Source: Perna viridis (Eukaryota). From it: a stretch of DNA of 64,000 nucleotides. Below, piece by piece: positions 48,401 to 57,362 of the stretch. Position 1 is the stretch's first letter. The number at the start of each line of letters is the position of its first letter. The notes under the pieces are model-generated. The model was not told where the DNA came from, did no database searches, and worked only from the letters and a program-made list of their open reading frames with translations. A program made the translations under genes and the position numbers. The DNA lies in NCBI GenBank assembly GCA_037379345.1, contig CM074524.1, positions 3,445,635 to 3,509,634 of the forward strand. Reading direction: 5' to 3'.

Positions 48401-49077
48401 ATGAAATAAAAATTTCAGATATTTTGTGGGAAATTTGATATTTTTAAACCTGATTTTATGAACTTTTTTGCAAATTTTCGCATATTTTTGCATGGTTTCT
48501 ATGGTAACCCTATATGCTGTGGGTAATTTTTTTCCAGAAAATTTTTACTACATCCTGAAGGCCTTGGCTTCAGCTATTTCTAGATATATAGATTTACAGA
48601 TGCTTGACAATTTTTTAAAGTGATAAATGTTACAAAGCATCAGATTACAAGACCAAAATTAGGCAGTTCTACAATACTGTGGAGTGATGGCTCAACATAA
48701 ACTATGACATCATCAGTAATATAGTAATAGACTGATTACCGATCAGATCGCTTCTAACTCTTTACTGCACTGGTGTGAGTGAAAAAAAACTGATCTTGCA
48801 AAATTTACAGTAAGTGCTTACATAGGCAACAATATGAATGTAATAAATAGCACTCTTCATGTTTATTTATTGCTTAGTTGAGACCCCCAGCTTTCTTTAT
48901 GACTCAACTAAAAAATCTTTTTTGTATTTTTTTATCATGCACATATATCATTTATTTTGGTAGATATATAGTTCAGTATACATTTTATACTTACGATATT
49001 TTACAACTTTGTGTGTTAACAGTGTTATATTTAGGCTGTATATTTTCAAAAGTTTTGTTGTGACGTGCTGGTACAAT
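3699..49077 (-). CDS. DCDC2: Multi-exon DCDC2-like gene (DCX domain + DCDC2 C-terminal motif) with a giant IQ-repeat terminal exon; 5'-incomplete in window. Exons: 48995-49077, 47195-47326, 46398-46553, 45942-45974, 43376-43408, 28993-29061, 27995-28083, 27055-27179, 24057-24146, 21933-21965, 17022-17345, 3699-12479
   Basis: Every internal junction is GT-AG. Exon start phases are 0,2,2,2,2,2,2,1,0,0,0,0 and chain with no stop; the total of 9,948 nt is divisible by 3. Peptides resemble DCDC2 as I recall it: DCX 'LFHMDGRPVDDVRQIENDGLYVAV', 'TLPPI', and 'DDGGVFKAKGQNKDTRGAREVRDTGDTKVDLPIDQ'. The symbol means DCDC2-like; orthology was not tested. Confidence 0.82.
4095..4525 (-). repeat. Coding dispersed motif R(F/Y/H)EEPSP, about 7 copies
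   Basis: QYEEPSL, RRFEEPSP, RRHEEPSP, RRYEEPSP, RRYDEPFP, RRFEEPSP and SRFEEPSP in the ORF translation. Confidence 0.8.
10810..11510 (-). repeat. Coding degenerate tandem repeat, 14-aa unit (2 x 7 aa) SRQSNxxxRQDNxS
   Basis: Repeated plus-strand 'ttgcctactggaatcattatcttgcct' and translated SRQ..RQD units. About 10 clear copies plus degenerate ones. Confidence 0.85.
12744..13884 (-). mobile_element. 5'-truncated, decayed Penelope-like retroelement (RT domain + 3' non-coding end)
   Basis: Motifs YDFSTLYTSIPH (about 13884-13850), MGTNCTPLLADLF, FRNIDDVL (YIDD mutated) and LYDKRDDFSFRIVNFPF, with frameshifts. The 3' part recurs at 37276 and 59975. Confidence 0.85.
14363..14517. repeat. Minisatellite, 37 bp x 4
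   Basis: tcaggatac at 14367, 14404, 14441 and 14478. Confidence 0.9.
17022..17345 (-). CDS. 324-nt exon, low-complexity S/K/Q/P-rich linker (ETNNRQKQ...VPSPSDEHK)
   Basis: cccaatag|GAGACG...CATAAG|gtagtg. Phase 0-0. Overlaps ORF 16989..17234 in the same frame. Confidence 0.8.
20239..20331. other. 93-nt imperfect palindrome (46-bp arms)
   Basis: catcctccaaagccagggtcttgagtccacctttactctctcaaat-g-atttgagggagcaaagatggactcaaaactctgactcaggaggatg; 38 of 46 positions pair Watson-Crick. Confidence 0.85.
21933..21965 (-). CDS. 33-nt exon DERIRKEKQNK
   Basis: taatttacag|GATGAA...AACAAA|gtaaga. Phase 0-0. Confidence 0.72.
22379..23421. mobile_element. Non-autonomous DNA transposon (MITE), about 1.04 kb, 22-bp TIRs
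   Basis: Left taggtcacacattcatggatca versus right tgatccatgaatatgtgaccta (1 mismatch). The left end is duplicated at about 22320-22372, and three ~34-bp repeats lie inside the right end. Confidence 0.75.
24057..24146 (-). CDS. 90-nt exon EEINDGDEKEAKVPSGVELSRQPSEASEQQ
   Basis: cttcttag|GAAGAG...CAGCAG|gttagg. Phase 0-0, GC-rich island. Confidence 0.85.
25613..25692 (+). mobile_element. 56-bp 5'-truncated SINE/LINE tail flanked by a perfect 12-bp TSD
   Basis: cggacgcagttg at 25613-25624 and 25681-25692 flanks ...tatagctgaaatattgc...gacgttaaaccccaacaaacaaa. Confidence 0.7.
27055..27179 (-). CDS. 125-nt exon with the DCDC2 C-terminal motif DDGGVFKAKGQNKDTRGAREVRDTGDTKVDLPIDQVRAEEVK
   Basis: tttgtttacag|ATGATGG...GTCAAA|gttagt. 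Phase 1 to 0. Similar to human DCDC2 'DEGIFKAGAERSETRGAAEVQEDEDTQVEVPVDQRPAEIV' (recalled). Confidence 0.9.
27516..27876. repeat. Minisatellite, 41 bp x ~9
   Basis: Unit taatgtggtatcatggctcatacttagggaaaatatcacag. Confidence 0.92.
27995..28083 (-). CDS. 89-nt exon RKRNQVNGVPVKAAKHTKRTPGRQADYDR; NAGNAG acceptor (28083 or 28080)
   Basis: tttttgtttatag|CAG|AAAAAG...AGAG|gtacgt. Phase 2 to 1. Confidence 0.82.
28719..29020. repeat. Minisatellite, 44 bp x 7, built from an exon 3' end plus its splice donor
   Basis: Unit gagaacttacctagtttctggatatgagctgacagaatggttgg. The last copy overlaps exon 28993-29061. Confidence 0.92.
28993..29061 (-). CDS. 69-nt exon TLPPIESKKHSPDHSVSSYPET
   Basis: gtttttcag|AACTTT...ACTAG|gttagt. 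LPPI motif as in DCDC2 'SSLPPIVGSRK'. Phase 2-2. Confidence 0.8.
32392..32584. mobile_element. Short MITE 'TACTGT...ACAGTA'; related copy at about 55999-56181
   Basis: Termini tactgtgaaa/tttcacagta. The internal cccatgaaaaccac.aaaat...gtactc.acaaa is shared with the 56-kb copy. Confidence 0.6.
32746..32820. repeat. Tandem repeat, 25 bp x 3
   Basis: Unit ataacaataaaggtgttagYaaagt. Confidence 0.85.
35244..36503. repeat. Highly homogeneous minisatellite, 42 bp x 30
   Basis: Unit atagataatagaggaagacaaStgYcctgttctggtgttttc. 1,260 bp equals exactly 30 units, with only two variable positions. Confidence 0.97.
37276..37612 (-). mobile_element. Non-coding 3'-end copy of the Penelope-like element at 12744-13090
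   Basis: Colinear match: aatcaagggaacca...atgagcaactc..actccac...ggagcatggaccaggtgc...gtaagc.tcctctgcttttc...aaaggaaaactatgaca...gttcatga. Confidence 0.8.
37787..38376 (+). mobile_element. Helentron-associated non-autonomous element (HINE/pearl-like) with an internal 165-bp tandem unit
   Basis: Subterminal aaaaca(t)atgtctcc repeated near both ends; 165-bp unit starting at 37983 and 38148; short ggac/cact tract; 3' hairpin gtctcctc..ggggagagac followed by ataa. Confidence 0.7.
39644..39879. repeat. Minisatellite, 59 bp x 4
   Basis: Unit cttcagactacaaccaaacctgtcctgaacaagttataacaaacacgggtgcacagtga. Confidence 0.92.
39941..40174. mobile_element. MITE family 'TAAGGCCAAA...TTGGCCTTA'; related copies at 29721-29929 and 60902-61103
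   Basis: Terminal taaggccaa/ttggcctta, subterminal tgtttcctgc/gcaggaaaca, and internal cctacctaccc shared by the copies. Confidence 0.7.
40253..40377. mobile_element. Small fold-back element/MITE
   Basis: tacacaggcaaatttatttcacgtga versus tcatgtgaaataatttagcttgtgta; internal gtgaaa repeats. Confidence 0.5.
43376..43408 (-). CDS. 33-nt exon SSLNGPVGRH (possibly a cassette exon)
   Basis: ctatgctttag|ATCAAG...CATAG|gtaatt. Phase 2-2, open in the required frame, GC-richer than its flanks. Confidence 0.6.
   Translation of the reverse strand: MKSKRSSWKA
44144..44354. mobile_element. Fold-back MITE with 32-bp TIRs and GAG...CTC ends
   Basis: gagctagacctatagtaagggacacaactctt versus the reverse complement of aagagttatgtcccttactgcaggtctatctc (4 mismatches). 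No clear TSD. Confidence 0.65.
44962..45316. mobile_element. MITE with ~28-bp imperfect TIRs
   Basis: tggccaatcaaaattcatttaaagattc versus gaatctttaaataaatttcatatggcca. Confidence 0.6.
45942..45974 (-). CDS. 33-nt exon FTETKYLWKD
   Basis: tttttgtag|ATTCAC...GACAA|gtgagt. Phase 2-2, no stop. Confidence 0.75.
46398..46553 (-). CDS. Exon (156 nt): C-half of DCX domain, LFHMDGRPVDDVRQIENDGLYVAVDQFAKFEHGDYTPHGKKPLSVPLSPRY(K)
   Basis: attttag|GTTATTC...TACAA|gtaagt. Matches the DCX consensus L(Y/F)xxDGxxVxxxxxLExGxxYVAVxxxxF. Confidence 0.9.
47195..47326 (-). CDS. Exon (132 nt): N-half of DCX domain, VFLNKEFEKPPLKVTLDPLQQANTREMEKAVRLKCQEAYFRFD(K)
   Basis: ttttctttttcag|AGTTTT...GATAA|gtaagt. Phase 2-2, open frame. 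Confidence 0.88.
47828..47968. repeat. 11-bp tandem repeat (tcaatRatcag-like)
   Basis: About 12 copies of tcaataatcag/tcaatgataag. Confidence 0.85.
48052..48686. mobile_element. MITE-like element with CACT...AGTG termini
   Basis: Perfect 11-bp TIR cactccacagt/actgtggagtg with weaker extension to about 34 bp. No TSD seen. Confidence 0.55.
48995..49077 (-). CDS. Exon (83 nt): inter-DCX linker IVPARHNKTFENIQPKYNTVNTQSCKI(S)
   Basis: ttttctttccag|ATTGTA...ATATC|gtaagt. Phase 0 to 2, joins the next exon as TC+A=Ser. Resembles the DCDC2 linker 'VKPVIHSRINV...PCTIF'. Confidence 0.85.
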
Positions 49078-49443
49078 CTGGAAAGAAAAAAATTGAAAGT
49101 TATTCAAGAGAACCAGGTACATTTACACTGCAAATTTTATTATGTACAATAATTTGGTACAGATCACCATGACAATTCCAATAACATGTAAATGTATACC
49201 TTATTTTTTAATGTTAGCTTACTTTGGAAATCAATGTCAAACTTCAGCAGGGGTTCAAACTTGTTAAAGTCTGAGGTACGAATTCCCCAACTGATGACCT
49301 AGGATCTTAATTATTTCATTTTCCAAGGTCCAGGAACATCAACTGTATTTACTGATACTTAATAGAGAACTTTAATTTTCCTAAGACATTGATTTTAAAC
49401 TTTGAAAAATCCAGAATCTTCCACTGTTGAACATAAATGTGGA

Positions 49444-49583
49444 CCCTTCTACAGGCCTGAATCATCAGAAATCCCTTCTACAGGCCTGAATCATCAGAAA
49501 TCCCTTCTACAGGTCTCAATCATCAGAAATCCCTTCTACAGGCCTTAATAATCAGAAATCCCTTCTACAGGCCTCAATCACCT
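49444..49583. repeat. Minisatellite, 29 bp x ~5
   Basis: Unit cccttctacaggcctgaatcatcagaaat. Confidence 0.9.
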
Positions 49584-51413
49584 GAATAAATTCTCTTAAC
49601 ACTTCCTCTGTGAGTCTCTTAACTAGTTACATAATTGATATCTAATTCATTTTTTATATTGGGGAGTAAGATATCAATATAACCAATATTGACTCACGTT
49701 ATAAATATTGATATATATTGACATTAATGTATAATTTTATTCCATTCATAAATGACAAAATCTATTGGGGGTTGTCAAAATATTATGCAATGGTGTTTTA
49801 TGTGTAAACAGATATTTAGGATTATGTTGGGCAATCAATTTGGGTAAAACAGGGTAGACTTATAATTGAAGTCATGCTGAAAATCTGCAACTTTAGAAGT
49901 TGAAATGATAGATTGTTCTAGACTTGGGTAAACTATTATATTCATACTAGCAAAGATGCCATAAACCAACTTTATTTAAGACATCAATTCTATTTCACTG
50001 CTACTTATTTTCCCAACTTGCATATACCAAACAACTATTCCATAATAATAGGACTCTTCTGCAACAATTTGTTTTCTATGGGTTTTCTTGCTGGCCAAAA
50101 CAGTAAAAATAAATCACATCCAAAGTAGATTGTGTGTAGAGTTTGAACAAGTACAAGTACCAAGAAGACATGCACAAACTTTATGGGTAAAATGTTTTGC
50201 AGAAAGTAGAAGTGGGCAGTACAATCCATATGGTATTATCTTACAACTCTATATCTAAGTTAACATACAAGGAGTAAAGTGATGGTGAAAATGACATTAT
50301 TTTAAAGATTGTTTATCATTAGACACATTTAACAGTTGCATCAGAGTCAAGAAATTTCTTGTATTTGAAGATTAGCCATCAATCTAGAATTGATATTTGA
50401 AAGTATACATTAACTAAAGTTGTGACCATCAATGAACAACTGACATCTCTAAATCTTCAATACTAAATACAAAATGCCTAGTTATCTCTATTTTAACACC
50501 AGCATTATATATCATTACCAGTTATCTACCAAACCAATCAGTGCTGATCCTATATAATGCTGATAATTGATCATTACACTTATAATTTTTAATTTCATTT
50601 TTTAACACCTGTTTTAGAAATGACATCAATATTAATATATATTCCATGTCAGAGTAATAGGTGCACAAATATAGAAACTTGGTCCAAAGAAATTGTTCAG
50701 CTAAATATCGGTTGGCTAGCCAAGTAAATCTGGTTGCACCTCCAACTCATTAATTGAACAAAAGCATGTAACCCTTGGCGATCATTTACCTGAAAGGCAA
50801 TTAAAAGAAATTGGAAGCATGTAGAGCGATTAACCGAGAAACAATGTTTTCATCATGAAACCCATACCAACCAATCAATAAGATGAATAGTAAACGATGC
50901 CCTTTATCAAGGGTTCAGTATTCAAGTTTACTTGTAAGTAAAAGTATAAAGATGAGACAAGAAAAAGCAAGATACACCAAACCTCATTGTCATTGTTACA
51001 AATGTAACTTGTCAGTCAAAGGATGAAGCAAGAAACTGATCAAAACAACTGCCACAATATACAATCATTGAAAGAAAATAAAAACACCTTTTTTTTCTAT
51101 GCAGCAACTTGGACTTCACTGAAAATGAGGTTGCAATTCAAATGTATGCCATTGTATTAGTTACTAGTAAAGTACACATTTTCAAAGATTAAAAAAGTAG
51201 CATATCTTAAAATTTCAGAGCAACCAATTCATTTCTCAGCAGAAACTTAAAAACCTTCAACAAGAAAGTATTGTACCATGGAAATTCCATAAAATATTCA
51301 AATCCATGTTATATCAAAGAACCTGGTAAAAAACCTGCTTCAAAATCCAGCCTCCAAATTAAGTAGGTATTATGGACAGAAGGTAATTATGACTACCCTA
51401 CTTCAGATCAATA

Positions 51414-52652
51414 CTTCACATGGATGTTCTCTGAAGGAGTTCTGAATATGTTGGGTACCTCAAATGGATGTTCTCTGAAGGAGTTCTGATTACAAGGTGG
51501 CTACCTCAAATGAATGTTCTTTGAAGGAGTTCTGATTATAAGTTGGGTACCTCACATGGATGTTCTCTTAAGGAGTTCAGATTACAAGGGGGTACCTCGC
51601 ATGGATGTTCTCTGAAGGAGTTCTGATAACAAGGTGGGTACCCCACAAGGAAGTTCTCTGAAGGAGTTCTGATTACAAGTTGGGTACCTCAAATGGATGT
51701 TCTCTGAAGGAGTTCTGATTACAAGGTGGCTACCTCACATGGATGTTCTCTGAAGGAGTTCTGATTACAAGGTGGGTACCTCAAATGGATGTTCTCTGAA
51801 AGAGTTCTGATTACAAGGTGGCTATCTCACATGGATGTTCTCTGAAGGAGTTCTGATTACAAGTTGGGTACCTCAAATGGATGTTCTCTGAAGGAGTTCT
51901 GATTACAAGGTGGCTACCTCACATGGATGTTCTCTGAAGGAGTTCTGATTACAAGGTGGCTACCTCACATGGACGTTCTCTGAAGGAGTTCTGATAACAA
52001 GGTGGCTACCTTACAAGGATGTTCTCTGAAGGAGTTCTGATTATAAGTTGGGTACCTCACATGGATGTTCTCTGAAGGAGTTCTGATTACAAGGTGGCTA
52101 CCTCACATGGATGTTCTCTGAAGGAGTTCTGATTACAAGGTGGCTACCTCAAATGGATGTTCTCTGAAGGAGTTCTGATTACAAGGTGGCTATCTCACAT
52201 GGATGTTCTCTGAAGGAGTTCTGATTACAAGTTGGGTACCTCAAATGGATGTTCTCTGAAGGAGTTCTGATTGCAAGGTGGCTACCTCACATGGACGTTC
52301 TCTGAAGGAGTTCCGATAACAAGGTGGGTACCTCACAAGGATGTTCTCTGAAGGAGTTCTGATTATAAGCTGGGTACCTCAAAAGGATGTTCTCTGAGGG
52401 AGTTCTGATTACAAGGTGGCTACCTCACATGGATGTTCTCTGAAGGAGTTCTGATTACAAGGTGGGTACCTCACAAGGATGTTCTCTGAAGGAGTTCTGA
52501 TTACAAGGTGGGTACCTCACAAGGATGCTCTCTGAAGGAGTTCTGATTACAAGGTGGGTACCTCACAAGGATGTTCTCTAAAGGAGTTCTGATTACAAGG
52601 TGGCTACCTCACATGGATGTTCTCTGAAGAAGTTCTGATTACAAGGTGGGTA
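51414..52652. repeat. Minisatellite, 46 bp x ~27
   Basis: Unit acctcacatggatgttctctgaaggagttctgattacaaggtggct, with recurrent variants. Confidence 0.95.
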
Positions 52653-55600
52653 TTAAGTGATACAGAGTTCAGTTACAGTGACATCACAAAATCAGAGAAA
52701 CTTCAGTAAAGTGCAACATGTTTTATAAATCAATGAGACAAGCAGTTTTCTATGTGTCATAATAATACTGCACATGTTCTTACCAACAGATTGTGATTAC
52801 ATATGGCAGTTCTCTTCCACCCCCATCCCCCCCCCCCAAAAAAAAAAAAAAAGAAGTTAAACCATACAAAATAATGCATAAAGCCACCCAAAGGAAATGT
52901 TGTGAAATCTAAAACTTAGTGGACAACTTGGTGAACACCACTGATATATAATAGATACAGTACTTATACAGATTAAGTTAACTCCCAAAATGTAAAGAAT
53001 TCACAATAAATGTCTAAATACAATTAAGATTTCAATCAAATTCAGATACACATCATGGTGTTCACCCACCGTGACAAAGAAACACACGGCACCCCTACTT
53101 GACTTTAACATTGACAGAAATATTATTCTCCAACAAATTGGTATCAAAATGTAACAAGTCAACACTATTATTAGTAGTTTATATTTTCTATACATTTTTA
53201 CCATTTCAAAAGCCCTTGTAAATGTTTCCAGGGTCATATTAAATTGAAATTTCTTATTGTGTCAGTTCAAACATACCATTTTAAAAGATTTCAATCGCTC
53301 TTGTGATCATTTCGAGGTCAATTTCAATTGAAATCTGCAATTGTACCAGCTCAAATTAAGAAAACAACTTTTTTGCTTTGGAAACCTTAGAAAGTTAAAA
53401 AAGCCGAACAATGTCATTCAAACAACTCATTCTGATACAAATAAAGAGTAAACATCATGCAAGAACTATCTGTTACTTATATCTCCCCAATAAGACTTGA
53501 AAATTTCACATGAAGATCGTTGGCTTTAAATTTCAACTGACCATGGACCTTTCATTCTGAAATGCTAATTTTAACCCATTTTCTATTAGATAGAAAGTTT
53601 AATAGGATATTTCACTAAATTACAATGTACATATACCTGTATATAAATTGATAAGTAAGTTAATTTAATTGCAAGGACCGATTTGGACAGATCTAGCAAA
53701 AGTAAAGACATTTGAAGACTTGATTTTGGCAATTTGTACTTGAACATTTGTATCTTTATTAATTAACAACCATTCTGAATGGGAGACCTCTATAGTCTAT
53801 AGTCTACATGTTCTACATTGCTCTCAATTATTTGTACCCTGATAGCAGCAGTCAAGCTGAAGGCAGTATATGGGAAAAATATTCTCAAACATTTGTACAA
53901 TTGATAGCAGCACCCAAACTTTAAGTCTTTGAAGATGTCATGGTCTTATTTAATTCTCTAAAAAACCAGAATCTTTATTGCCTAGTACCTACAATGGGCT
54001 GTGATAAGAAAGGGTACTTAAATATCCCATTGTGAGTAGAATATCTTAAGAATTATGATTTAAATGTGTAATTTAGATACAGACACATTTATAATGTTTA
54101 CAATGATGTCTACATAGTAATATTATAACTTTACAACACTGTGGTTTAAAGATGTCTGATAAAAAGACCATTTGAAATCTGATTGATCGAAAAATTCCGA
54201 AAAATGTTGGCAAATCGGTCTGGAGAGGTCAATTGATTTTATCCCATCGATGTATAATTGTGCAGTTCCTACAATAAAAGCAAGTTCTTTTAACTACATG
54301 TACTTGTATTGTAAAGCTAGGAAGTCACAAAGTCCAATTTATCTATAGTCAGTGAGTTAGTATGTAGAAGGGATTCATTTCTGCTATTAGAATGTACCAG
54401 GCTCCAGGGCCACAAAACTTGAAAATTACTCAAATCTGAGAAAATTCTTAACCATTTGTGATGACATCAAATTTTAAGAACTTTGATTGTAGTCATCATA
54501 GACTTTAAGAATATTCTTACACTTAAAAATCTCTCAATTTTTGTGGCACTCGGAAGTCTGGAGTTTCAAGGTAGTTTTAAATTAACTAAAAAAACTGTGA
54601 GCAAAGCTCATTAAAATATACCCTCACCCTACACAGTAAAAATATAGCACAGTTGTCAAGCAGAAGTTAATGCTGCTCTTGTCTGAATCAGCATACTAAT
54701 AAATAACTTCTATTAAAGAACCAAGTGGCAGTCGAAAGTAAAGGCAAAGTAAACTGGAATGAAAAGGGTGCGGACAGACACCAGAGATTGGTCTCATAAA
54801 AAAATCTCAAATTGTGATTTTCCTCAAATCCTTCCTCAACTCAAGTATCAACCAATTAAATCACTTAAAGACAAACTCAAGAATTTGAAGAAAATGAAGA
54901 TTTTTTTTTAATAATACAGGGCCCACGATCATTTTATACTGCCTGCTTTCAAAATCACTGTTCACTGTTTTTTGTACAGTATTAGTTGTCTAAAATGATG
55001 GGGGACGAAATGGTGTTACCATAAGTATCAAGACATCATCAAATTTCTCCTCAATTGTTTTATATATTTTACAACTTAACTTTGAGAAAGTAAGTACATG
55101 CATAAGTTGGTGCATTCAATTTTTCATCAAATAACAAAATTGCAAATATTCATAATTTATTACACAAGACAAGACAATTTACGACCTTTCATATACATTA
55201 TAATATCAACTTTATTTAAAATTTAAAGCCCTCCACAAATATTTTGTATATTGTAGTTAAGTGTTAAGAGACATGTGGGGTTAGGTGTATTTGTATAAAA
55301 CACCCAAAATTTTATAAATGGTTCTTGGTACACATAAAGCAAGTTAAAGCCCACTTCACACTTTGTTGAAAACAAATATTTGAACCAAAGGAAGATAAAT
55401 CTTAATGCTTAAGAGTGGCAACTGCAACAAAATTGAAAACAAACATTGACGACCTCAGAACTCTCGAAAATTCATTTCACATTTATGACATCATTGAACA
55501 AAAGAACAAGCTTGGGCTAAGGCATCATAAAAGTTCTATTTTTTAGTAGAAAATTTAAGAAGAATTCTGTTTTCATTTACCTCAAAAGTACATCCATGGA

Positions 55601-57362
55601 GAGCCATGTCATCATTAGTCATATAAAGTATTTATAGAGAAGGGCTATTTCATTTATTGACAAATCTGTCATAACTGACCACCAAAGAACAAAATCATGG
55701 TCGCATCAGAATGGTGGTCTTTATATAGAAGTTAATTTTTACCCATAATGCACTACATTAGGATCTTTTCAGTCAAGTTATTGCTGAACACAAGTGGTAA
55801 CTGGTTCAGTTTTGATTGTAGAATGCAATAACACTTAAAAGCCGTTTCTTGAAATAAATTTCAACAGAATTTTTACTAATTACATGAAATCAATGCTTAC
55901 AAAGATTTTAGGCTATGACTGCTGAGTTACAAACTCAAATTATGATGTTGCCGAAAATAAGAACCAAAAGGTTTTAATTACAAAAAACATAGTATATAGT
56001 ACTGTAATTTGTGGGTACCAAGTTTCGTGGTTAAGAGGAAAATGATCATTTCGTAGATTCTAGAATTTATTATAAAAAGTGAGTGGAAATTTCTTTTATG
56101 TTGGGAACCAAAATTCATGGATTACCAAACCCATGAAAACCACTAAAATCAGTACTCCACAAATAATTGTACTTCTACAGTCCTCAGGGTGGACAAAATT
56201 GTTTTTACTACAGGACTAGTATGCATTTAAACCCCTGTGTCATTTTTAAAGATAGAAAAATGAAATATCCTGAATAATAATTTGAGACACATATGTGAAA
56301 ATGATAGGTTATCATTGAACACTTTACAAAGTCTATATGAAATGATATGTGTTACCCCATCATTGAGTAACTTTACTTCTCTATAAATCTACTTATATTT
56401 CTCACAATATCATACATTACTAATGTGCATGAACTACTATTATAACATTTCTTTTTGGGGGATAATGGGGCAATGTAACCTAATCTCGATTAACAACCAT
56501 TATCACAGCAAGAGGCAGACTGAAAGAAATAGTCCCACGGAGATATACGACATTATCATGACCTACCTAAGAAATTCACAACCCAATATGTCAAAAAACA
56601 CAAGTAGACACTTAATCGTTGTGGAGAAAGGAGTAGAAACTATTTCACTTTCTCTAGAAAATGTTCAGTGGTGTCTGCGATTGTTTGTACTTTACAAACA
56701 ATAAAATGATAAATTACCAATGAATTACTCCTAAATATCTTCTAAATGCAGAGAAATGTAGTCTATTGTGTTAAATAACTGTTTAACTAACCACTAGATG
56801 TTTTAAAGGGTGAACCACAAAACAGAAAGTATTTGAATAAATTGTTTAAAATGACATGAATCACATCTATAGATCATTCATACATGCACATGTAGTTCCT
56901 TTGAACTGCCTCTTAGTGATCAGAACCCAGCACTGCTAATTGTTGCTTAACTCACCAGCTACTGTCAGATGACCAGAACCCAGCACTGCTAGTAGTTGCT
57001 TAAGACACCAGCTACAGTGAGATGATTATATAAGGCATATTTGTCCATAGAACTCCAATGAACAATTTTCAAGTAGTCCTCTCCAAAATTAGGGTGAAAC
57101 TGGACTACTGTTAGTGTCAATCCCTGTCATGAAGCTGAACCAGTAAGTGGTTTATGAACAAGGGTAAGCTGTCCCGAAGTTGTTTAAACAAGCATAGCTT
57201 AGTCAAATATTAAAAACAATCCTGATCTTGATTCAAGTCATAACTACGATTTGTTTCACCATTACAGGCTTATTTACTTATAGTTTCTAATTATTTGAAT
57301 TGTGGACTGCAGACTAATTGACTTTAATGGTATCACAGTAGCAAGCTAGTCAACTGAAAAAA

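Noticed and set aside
51414-52652. CRISPR-like array (also 27516-27876, 35244-36503, 57363-58227)
   Set aside because: Head-to-tail repeats with no unique spacers, no cas genes, and a eukaryotic intron context.
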